Source: Dimorphilus gyrociliatus
Lineage: Eukaryota > Animalia > Annelida
Assembly: GCA_904063045.1 (NCBI GenBank)
Contig: CAJFCJ010000001.1
Coordinates: 62,001 to 126,000 of the forward strand
Length of the DNA stretch: 64,000 bases
Direction of reading: 5' to 3'
The notes under the pieces were generated by a model, which saw nothing but the letters and a program-made list of their open reading frames with translations, ran no database searches and was not told the origin of the DNA. Shown here piece by piece: positions 26,130 to 36,781 of this stretch; the first letter of the stretch is position 1; each line of letters starts with the position of its first letter. A program made the position numbers and the translations under genes.

Positions 26130-28047
26130 ATGCACCAACTAACATACCTATTGTTAGTTATTATTAACTTCCATCATACTGGCTCTGAAATCGTGATACC
26201 AGATTTTCCGAATGGACCAGAATTTGAATGGCGAGAAGAAGGAGATCTCAATATTGGTATTATCACTTCAGCTCACTCAACAACTTCAAGAGGGCCATGT
26301 ACAGGTATGATAAGTACTTCCAGCGTATTAATCGGAAAGAGAACACAGTATATTTTAAATAAAATTAATAATGATCCATATTTCTTGCCAAATATTACTC
26401 TGGGGTTTATATTCCTCGACGCGTGTGGTACAACAAACGGTCCCGTTTCCAGAGTTGTTCAATTACTTCCATTGTCTTGTTCAGTGCCAAGGTAAAAAAT
26501 ATTTCACAATGAGCGAATTATTTAATTATAAACAATTGTAAAATGTTTCGTTTATTTTTTTTGAAAAGAATACCTAAAAAGTAAAAAAAGCAACAAATAA
26601 TCAAAGTGAATACCTTTTGATATATTTTGATATCCTTTAAACAACGGTTTATAAGTACATCAATTCTATAAATATGCAATATATATATATTAGTATGTGT
26701 GCATGTACGAACGAATGTGTTTATAACTACAGTATATACATATGCACAAGTATATATTACAGTTACTTACATCTATATATTCCTATATAAATGTATGTAT
26801 CATATTTCGGACATGCATACTAAACTGTATGTAAACACTATTGAGTAAGGAAAGTTATACTATTGTATAGATTAAGTAGTCTTTTTCTGTGCATACAATA
26901 CCTTAGAAGTTAGAGTAGGTACACTTAATAAGCAGAGTAAATCCATAAACTGTATGAGTTTTATTTTAAATGAAAGGGATCACGTAGATAGAAGCAAAAC
27001 AAACTTTGTGTTGTTCTTCCTAAAATAATTTTCGTGTAAATTAGATGCGAAAGAAATTGCTACCACCTTTTAAACGATTTAGATAAAAAAAACAAAAAGA
27101 AGAATATTCCTTTCATCTTCAAATAAGGAAAGAAACGTACATTTTAATGAAAATGAGAGTTGTCAGTTCTTGAATATTTTTTACCTATCACTTTAAGTAA
27201 AAATTCTTTTATCGTCGGTCTTGTTGGACCTGGATCTAGTTCACAAGCCGTCCCAGCTGCGGGTATGGTATCTCAGTTTAAGCTACCGTTGCTATCAACT
27301 TTTGCAACTTCTGAAGAACTTTCCGATAAGTCACGATTTCAATATTTTTCACGACTGGTTCCTCCCGACTCTATTGCAACTGAAGCCATGACGCAGCTTA
27401 TGATAGAGTTTGAGTGGAGCTATATTCAGTTACTATACGCTGAAGGATCATATGGAGAAAATGCTGCTAAAGGGGTAGAGAAGAATGCGAAGAAAAGAGG
27501 TATATGTATAGGATATAGCTATAGGCTTAATGCTGACGATTCAAACGACTATGAAGCCATTGCTAAAAAGCTTATTGAGCACAAGAAAGCTAGAGTTATA
27601 GCTATGATAGCAGGCAGTTACTATATGAGAAACATTCTTACAGCTATAGAAAAAATATCTAAAGGTGAGCAGTTTATATTTATGGTCGTCGACTCATTCG
27701 GCAGAATATCGAACTATGAACATCGCCAAAATGGAACTTTACAAATAATCTATGATGGTGGCATTGATCATGATTTTGCCAATTACATGTACTCTCTTAA
27801 ACCTCAACAAGCTAAACATCATTGGGAGAAACAATTGTGGGAAAAATTAGGGAGATGTAATTATACACTTGACGCTACTGATCCAACTTCTTGTTTAAAA
27901 CATTCAAATTTTTCTAATACAACGCTCTACCCATATTCTAGTTCGGCAGTGAAATATTCAGATGGTGTAGAAGTATACGCAAAAGCAATTAAGGATTTAA
28001 TAGAATCCTCCTGTCCTGACGCCTTCAACAATAAATCACTTTTAAAG
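26130..28047 (+). CDS. Class C GPCR Venus-flytrap cassette B (signal peptide plus VFT, no own CRD/7TM)
   Basis: Exons 26130-26491 and 27198-28047 (phase-2 intron at the same position as in A), open frame. Ends ...NKSLLK|GTTATC, phase 0. Confidence 0.85.
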
Positions 28048-29486
28048 GTTATCGATCAGTTTTTTTAACAAACAATAACTAACAAAATTTTCTCCTTACT
28101 TAAGAAAAAGTCATTATTTTACTTTTTTAATATCCTTAGAACATTAAAGGTAATTGTGCACCTATATTTGAGTACTGTGGTGTTACACTTACGTGATGGT
28201 CTTTTGGCTAAAAGTTAAGGCCTACTCTTTGACGTTATTATAGCAATATATTGGAGCTTTTTTTCTTTATACTCTGTTAACTATTTCCTTTCCTGCTTGA
28301 TGCAAATTAAAAAAGATAAAAGAGAAAAAATAGATCGCTGTGTCACTTTTTTTCTAAAGAGTACAAACTAAAAAAAGAAATGATAAAAGTCAGATGAATA
28401 TGAAAAATTGGCTTATCAAAGGATATTTTATTTACTAAAATTGTAAAGTAAAAGAATCTTTAAATGAAATTATAAATTTAACTTTCCGTTTAAAAATGAA
28501 TTAAAGGAGATTTTTCTTTCTTGATGTTAATACTTAAGCGCATTACGTAAAATTCTTTAATTTTCTTTTTTGGTACTAAAATAACAACAGGCTATAATTA
28601 CTACTAATACTATGACTAAGACTAACATTATCTCTTTTAATTATTAGGATTTAATTATCACTAAGTCGATCTTAAATCACTCATTTTAATTGAATTTTAA
28701 TATTATAAATACACAAATTATGTAAGATATGAGTTAATGGAAAATCATAAAGGGATATTAAAAATCTGTGGCCTAATTCATAGAAATCTCTTATTTTATA
28801 CATTTGATATATAAAATATATGTTTAAATTATGTATATCACATTCGATAGATGGCGCAACAGTTTTTACAATATCACTGAAATAACATTTCCATTACAGC
28901 TAGTGATGAAAAGACCGCAAAAATGGCGTTTTCTACTAATTAAATTCCTAATAAAACTGTTTGTAGTATAGATACTCTTAGTCTTATTCTTTCTACTTTT
29001 CCTGGCCATTAGTTGGGTTGGAACAGAGGGAAAGAATTTATATAGAAAATCTGACGTTTTCCGAAGACGAGTACCAATGCCTTTTACTTTTTAATAATAG
29101 ATATAAAACTGAGCAAAATGTTGATAACACGTACTTACGGCTTAATATTTAACTGAGGAAGGCATTATATATACAGTGTATATACTAATACGTATATATA
29201 CAGTATATATATACAGTATATAAATATTAGTATATCTGCTGTATATGCTGTATACAATGAAAATAACAAATGAAGCCTCTTTTCGTAATAATGAAATTAA
29301 GATGAAATTTTGAAATAGATACGTGATTGTACGTTTTCTAAGTTAGGATATTTTATAATGTGTGACATCTTATTAAGATATCAACTGCTATAAAAAGTAC
29401 TTTTGCATCCTGTCATGTGATACACTATTCATTTGAAATCGCTATTTACTATAATGAAATGCACAACCTTTATATAAAATAAATTT

Positions 29487-30749
29487 ATGTGCATGCGCGA
29501 TCATTTATTTGTCATTAGCAGCAAGAAAATTTTGCAACTAATGTCTCATAAAGAGATGATAGTGATTTTCCTAGCAAATTTCATCATTTTTGTCAAGAGT
29601 TATCCACTTATCCCAGGTTTTGTTGGGAATGAGTGGGAAGTAGACGGAGAAGTGAAAATCGGAGTACTTTATTCAGTTCATTCCGATCATTCTTCAGGAA
29701 ATGAAGCATTATCTTGTCAAGGTAAAGTAAGTCCTTCCGGTGTTCTTGCGGCCGAACTAGCAGAGTTAAGAATAAAGAATATCAATAAGGATCCAAATTT
29801 CTTGCCAAATGTCACATTGGGATTACTTTACCTCGATACTTGTGGAGGAGTCAACGGAGCCGTAGCCAGATTAAATCATTTTATGTCGGATAAATGTCCA
29901 ACTAGAACAACCGAAAAAAAAGTTGTGGGAATAGTAGGACCATTTTCTTCTGCTCAATCTATTCCGGCAGCAGCTTTAGCATCTCAATTTAAAATTCCTC
30001 TTCTGGCTACATTTGCAACATCGGATGAATTATCAGATAAAGCTCGCTTTGAATATTTTTCTCGTCTTGCACCACCAGATTCGTTCATAACTCAAGCAAT
30101 GGTAAGCGTTATGGTTCGTTTCAAGTGGAGTTACATTCAACTTCTCTACTCGGAAGGCTCTTACGGAGAAATTGCTGCCAAGAGCATTGAGAAAATCGCC
30201 AGAGCAAATGGTATTTGTATCGGAAATTCTGTTCGATTAAGTTCTGATTATTCTGAAAATTATATAACAATTGCCGAGAAGATTTTGGAGAATAGAAATG
30301 CGAAAGTAGTCGTCCTTATAATGTCTCATAAATTTAGAGAAGATCTCTTTACAGCATTATATCAAGTTGGAAGCAAAAAAAGTGATTTTATCTTTTTTTC
30401 TGCCGACTCATACAGGCGATTTCCAGGATTTGAACAAATTCAACATGGAACTTTGCATTTCTTTTATAAAGTTGGTAGAGATACAAGCTTTGAAGATTTA
30501 ATAAAAACTAAACAACGATCAGAATCTGATCATGCATGGATAAAATCTTTGTGGGAAGAAGCAGGCAAATGTAATTTCTCTACCACTTGTTCGAAGTATA
30601 AGTCATTGGGAGATATTAATAGTCTTACTAGCAGAGACTTCAAATTTTCTCTCAAGGTTGGAGATGGTGTCGAGGTATACGCAAGAGCTTTGCATAGTCT
30701 CATCTCGGAGAACTGCCCCGAAGCCTTTCTGAACAAGAGTCTATCAAAG
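29487..30749 (+). CDS. Class C GPCR Venus-flytrap cassette C
   Basis: Single open exon ending ...NKSLSK|GTTGTT, phase 0. The start may be ATG 29541, which gives a better signal peptide. Confidence 0.85.
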
Positions 30750-31327
30750 GTTGTTAATCATATTTTTTGGACAAGTTTCGATCTGGTTTAATTTGTTAAA
30801 AGCTATTTAGCAGAGTTCAAAAAAGGAAAACAAAAAGTAAACCAGAATCAAGAGGGGGATTTAATCAGCAAATGCTATTTTACTTAAAAGAGTGAAATTT
30901 CTTAAATATCATAAGACAGTCGTATAAAACCTAAGGAATTCAATGTTTTTGTTTTTTTGTATTTTAAGAGTGGCAGCTTAATCGAAAACTGGTGCATTTG
31001 CCTATTTAGTTTATATTTAAATTATTAAAAAGATCAAAGAAATGGCTATCAGCAGAGGTGAAAAGGAAAAATTTTCTTTATTTAGTATCAAGGGCTCTTA
31101 AATAGATTGTATTTATAATCGCATAAGAAAAATTTGTACTCTTAATGTTACAATATCATTTATTAAATGATATTTAAAGATAATTGGTGCAAATTCTCCT
31201 ATGCGCAAGGTAATATCCGTCTATTTCAGTATCGAATTGTATGAGTCTTGTATTCTTATAATTCTTTATGGAAATTTATAAGATGTAGATTGTTTTTCTA
31301 AAATGTAAGTATATAGAAGTATGCTCT

Positions 31328-31349
31328 AAATTGATCGATTACCTTTAAA
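31328..31349 (+). promoter_or_regulatory. Putative RNA docking site immediately upstream of the shared acceptor
   Basis: AAATTGATCGATTACCTTTAAA is reverse-complementary to the exon/intron junctions of cassettes A (24295-24315), B (28041-28062) and more weakly C (30746-30760). Confidence 0.7.
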
Positions 31350-31352
31350 TAG

Positions 31353-33235
31353 GACTGTGTAACTGGAGAATCGGTATTAAAGTATCTTAGACAGCAAGAG
31401 TTTAAAGCTACATCCGGCGTTCAATATAAATTCGATGTTAAAGGCGATATGCTTGGAGAATATACAATATTTCAATATACTTGGGAAAATGCAACTTGGA
31501 ATCAAAGAATTGTTGGTGAATGGAAAAAAGATGGTGAAATTTTACAAATGGATAAGAATCTTAGTTACATAGAGTCAATTTGTAGTAAACCATGCCCACC
31601 AAAACATATATATCTACAACAAGAGTTGGCTTGTTGTTGGTTATGTAAGAAATGTAGAGAAAACGAAATCTTATCCGAAAACAAGACTGAATGCGAAACT
31701 TGCCCCAAATTTTTTTGGCCAGGGATGTCACCAATGAATTTTCTATAAATATGAAATTTCATCAATTATCAGTATATGAAACTTAAAGAAATTTAAGAAA
31801 GGACAAAAATATCTTTTGTCAAGAGTAAATGTAGAGTTGGAAAGTAAAAACTGGAAAGTAAAAATATCTAAAATTTCAGCTTGAGTACTCTTTTCATTAC
31901 TTGTCTTCTTCGGTCAATGACATTATTAGTATATTAACATGTTTTATATACTTCCTCTCAAAATATTAGATATGTTTAAAAGTGAGAAAGATTCAGGACG
32001 TCTCTTTAAATCCCTTTTTAATTATCTAATTATTTACTTTGACAAAATTTAATATAATTGCATTATTCTGGTTTAAAAATATCAATATTATGAAAAGTTT
32101 TAAGAGGGTCTTTAATTTTAAAAAATACCTTTTTTCAGAAGGGTAAAAATTCTTCTAAAACTATGAAGGTTAAGAAAGTTTAATGGTATTAATTATAATG
32201 TATATCTTTTAAAAGATTCAGAGTACTGTCATTATTCTCTTCAAACAGATAATTAATATTTAAAAACAAACTACAAACTATTAATAAGATAAGATGTAAG
32301 TCTTTCAACAAACATTTATAAGTGACATCCCTCTGCCAGATTCTGAAACTGCTACAAGATGCTTGGCAATTGAAGTTGAATATGTTAAATGGAAAGATCC
32401 TTTGGCTATATTATTATTACTTCTTGCATGCTTCGGATTTATTCTTAATATCATCATAATAGCCATCTATAAATTATATAGTCACGAGAAAATAATTAAG
32501 GCCTCGTCTAGACACCTATCAGCTACTATCTTAGTTGGCAGTACTCTTGGCTATATTACTGTATTACTTTTTATCAGTAAACCATCTTTTACAATCTGCC
32601 TAATTAATCGGATTGGATTTCACATGACAGTATGCATTATTTATGCACCTCTGCTACTGAAAACACAAAGGGTATACAGAATTTTCAAGGCTGGATCAAA
32701 GGGTAAACAGCGACCAAAATTTGTAAGCAATCAAGCTCAATTATCGGCTACTTTATGCATTGTTTTAATCGAATTAATTCTCGTCATTGTAAGTTTGATA
32801 TTGTGGAAACCCGGATCGGAAAGAATTCAAAGAGTAGAAATCGAAAAACAAGTTGAACTGACTTGTACCAATCCTTTACCGGCGTTAATTTTACCTTTGT
32901 CGTTTAATATCCTTTTGCTGTTACTATGCGGTATTTATGGTTATTTGTCAAGAAAATTACCCGAAAATTTTAACGAATCCTGGTATATCTTTGTTTCCGT
33001 GGCAACGACCATATTTCTGTGGATAGTCTTTTTACCCACATATTTTACCATGTTTTATGTGTATTATAAAGTTATCATTTTGGCAATATGCTTAATTATC
33101 AACGCAACTTTAACCCTACTTTGTTTGTTTATACCCAAGATTTACGCCCTATTCTTTATCTCTGAAGAAGATTTAGTATTCGGAACGATGACTAAAAGCG
33201 AAGTAACCAAAGTTGGACCATCAAGTATAAGCTAA
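31353..33235 (+). CDS. Shared (constant) end-of-VFT, cysteine-rich and 7TM exons of the cassette GPCR
   Basis: Exon 31353-31722 (DCVTGESVLKYLRQQ...GDMLGEY...CSKPC...CCWLC...FWP) and exon 32340-33235 (DSETATRC...KWKDP...RKLPENFNES...PKIY). The donor at the homologous position reads GGATGT rather than GT. Confidence 0.85.
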
Positions 33236-34441
33236 GAAAAGCCCTGATAAAATCCTTTCCTGAACAGCACCTAATTTTAAAATTAGGCACCAAAATTCAG
33301 CTCACACTGGTTTTCACAACTGTATATTTAAAGCTATAAAAATCTAGATTGACAAGGAAGGTTTGATAATATAAATAAATATATGCTCATACCTAGACAC
33401 ACAGCTGCACAAACTCTAATCAATGTAAGACAATATATATATATAAATATATATTTCTATAATTCCAATAGGAGTATATATGTTGTATCTACAGTATCTC
33501 TGTATCAGATATTGGCACCTAGTATGCACTGGGTAACAAAAATATGATTACAATTGTTGTAAATTCCTGGTCAAGAAAACCGGAATTGAAATTGTATGAT
33601 TGTTGATATAAAATAAAAGTATATATTCCAGATATTGTTCATTTCAACTTTTTTTCCACTTATTATCGCATATTACGACCATCTATTATTAGTATTCACT
33701 TGTAACTATCTCTCCCTGTCATTATACATATACTGAATACAGTAAATCTATATATATACTGTATATATGTATTTCATAAACGATTAGCTTAGGCTATTAT
33801 AATAAAAGATGACTTACCGAGTTATCTTTAACTGTTTCTTGTTATTATATTCGGAATATTAAATAAGCATTTTCAAAATAGAAATTTTATATATAGAAAT
33901 GTAATGAGGCTTAAAAACTAATGAATGAATGTCTGCGTTACTATGTCACTACTTTATTATAACACATCACAGAAAAGTTTTAAGATGATAGGATAGTGAA
34001 CAGAAGAAAGATTAAATGAAACTTCTTACATTTACATGATTTTAACTAAAATATCATTGTTTTCTTACGCCTTTTTGTTTTTGGAAAGCAGGGGTAACGA
34101 TAATGATATTGGCTTTTGAAAAACTTGTTATGGACTCTTTTTTACCTTTTAGAAAATAGCTAGGGATAGAAAGTACTATCAATTATGAACAACAGAACAA
34201 ACGCTCTTCCCTATTCTCTTTTTCTTATGAAGTATGGTAACTTATAGAATTAAGAACATTGGAAAGCTATAAGGGAATTTAGGTTTAGAAAAGGTATTCG
34301 ATATGTAAAACGTTTCCATCAAGAAGTGTATTATAACTCATAAAAGGAGAAAAGACTTGTATTTTAATGAAAAATATATGCAAGATGCCTATCATTTTAT
34401 GCTAATATATCTCTCTCTCAATACTTCCGCATAATTGATTT

Positions 34442-35960
34442 TCAAGCAAGTTTTCTTTCTATTTCTATCATCGATTCCAAGTTGTTTAGATTTTTAATTT
34501 TCGAATCAATATCATCATTGTCTGGTTGCAAAGAAAGCAATAATTTGTCTTTTTGTTCTTTTAAGTCTTTTAGTTCTTTTGATAAAAAAAGGGGGAAGAA
34601 TAGGAAACCAATTTTAAACAGTTTAAAAAATTTATATTAAAAATAGATTTAAACAGTAACATACCTAATTCATCAAAGTCAAACATTTTAGGGAATATTT
34701 CAGAGCCTTGCTTATCCTGCTTCGACATAATTAGTTTTTTTGAATTATTCTCCTCAGTTAGTAAACTTTTGAAAACTTCGTGGCCCATTGCCTCCATTGC
34801 GGTTAGTCTATGATTTGGATTATAAGTTAATAAGCTATCTATTAGCTGTGTTATTTGTGAATCATTAACGAGTAGCTGATTAGCATTGAAAACCTTCAAA
34901 AGTGACTGTCGCTTTATTTCAGGTAATTGAAATTCTTCATAGTTTATATTCATACTTTTAATCTGATGATATATCATTTCATTAGTTATGTGCTGCCATC
35001 TACTTCACGAAAAAAAGATAATTAAATTAACCTCATTTTTTTTTGGCGTTCCACGAACTTTAATAATTTCAACTAGCTGATCTACACTATTCCCACCGGC
35101 GAAAATTGGGTAACCTAAGATCATCTCACAAATAACGCATCCAGTTGACCAAATATCAATCTTAGTATTGTAATTATTAGTTGCAAGAATTAATTCTGGT
35201 GCTCTATAATATCTGGAGCATATATAAGTTATGTTCTTTTCCCCCTCAGTAAGAGCTTTAGCCGAACCAAAATCGCCAATTTTTAGTACTGAATTCCCAT
35301 CATCAATAAGTAAATTTTGCGGTTTAATATCTCTATGACAAAAGTTTTGTCTATGCATATAAGCCAACCCTCTAAGAATTTGATATGAGAAAATTTTAAC
35401 CCAAATCATAGGCATATACTTTTTCATTTTATAATAATGTCTAATTACCTGAATTATTAAAAAAAATTCAATTATAGTAAAGATAAATGTTAAATACATA
35501 TCATTACTTTATAACAAGTATAAGGTAGATACTCCATAACTAAATTCAAGTAAACTTCTTTTGAATTTTCACCAACAGAATAAAAGTAATACAACAATTC
35601 AACAATATGTTTATGGTGAAGGATATTTAGAATTTTTAACTCTCTATTCTTATACTTTTTGTTATGTAACACCTTTTTTATTGCAACTATTTGGGTTTTT
35701 CTTAAATTAGGATTATTTTCTGAATCTATTAATAATTCAGCTTTATATACAATACCGAATGATCCGCTATCAATAATTTTTGCTCTACTATAATAGATAT
35801 CCTGTCTGGATACTTGGCATTCAAAATTGCTTAATTTTTTATAGGCGGATATGGAGAAATATTTTGAATTGTTAACAATCATTGCCTCTTCTTTTTCAAT
35901 TAAGGCAGATTGTTTATTGTCATTTGATGAACTTTGATTGCGTATAAACTGAAATCCCAT
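34442..35960 (-). CDS. Divergent GSK3-family Ser/Thr kinase
   Basis: Exons 35960-35508, 35448-35032, 34962-34665, 34575-34442 join in frame. Motifs GSGSFGIVY-like (DSGSFGIVY), [51 protein letters not shown] are GSK3-diagnostic. Confidence 0.88.
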
Positions 35961-36535
35961 TCTTATTCCTTTTATGTCTTAATTAAATAAATTATCTCTT
36001 ATTTAATCACTCATTAGTCTTTTCAGCTTTTTGAACATATATGATGATGATGTTATTTTCTCTTTAAAAAACTCTTATATTTTGTATATATTAGTCTCCG
36101 TTTACTTGATAATATCACTAATAAACTCTTTGTTATAGATGCTGAATTTAGATGAAATTTCATCTTTATCTTCCTTCTTAGACAATAAAATGTCTTGAGA
36201 GATTTCGTCACCTCTTTCAAAACAGTCATTTGCGTAAAACTTCTTATATTCACAGTTAATTCAATAGAAATAATAGTTCCATTACTCATCATTTATTCAA
36301 TATTCTAAGCTTTTATTACAGAGAAATATATTAGTGTTCTTTCATTGTAAATTTCAGAATATAGATGGAACTATTGTATCACTGCACCACTGTCTACGAA
36401 CTATCAATATATAGATTTCGTTCCTAAAAAAATGCATTTTCTATTAAAGTCTTATTTTATTGCTGTACTTTAATTAATACTTCATAGATTTCCTATTTAT
36501 TTTTAATTTATAACACCGCCAAAATGTTTCAAATA

Positions 36536-36543
36536 TGACGTCA
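36536..36543. promoter_or_regulatory. Full CRE (TGACGTCA) in the shared upstream region of the divergent GSK3-like and LAS2-like genes
   Basis: Perfect octamer in the 820-bp gap between the two head-to-head ATGs. Confidence 0.4.
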
Positions 36544-36781
36544 ATATCGGCAAAATAGATGCGTATCAAGAATGTACACCTGGTACGATAGTAAACTAAC
36601 ATTCCTCAATTACTTCAATCTAATTCATAAGTGAAAAATTAGATTTAGTTTAGTTTTTAAAATTATTTAACATATTTTGATAGTTTTATTTTAAATTAAT
36701 ATTTTGTTTTCAATCATATAAATTACTTTTAACAATTTAACTTCTGAGAGAAATATCGATATCTTGAGCGATAAAGGGGGC

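Noticed and set aside
23004-28068. Cassettes A and B as simple truncated pseudogenes
   Set aside because: Both have about 1.2 kb of uninterrupted frame, intact introns, ligand residues and cysteines, and conserved donor-flanking pairing elements, unlike the visibly decayed fragment at 21766-22010. Not excluded without expression data.
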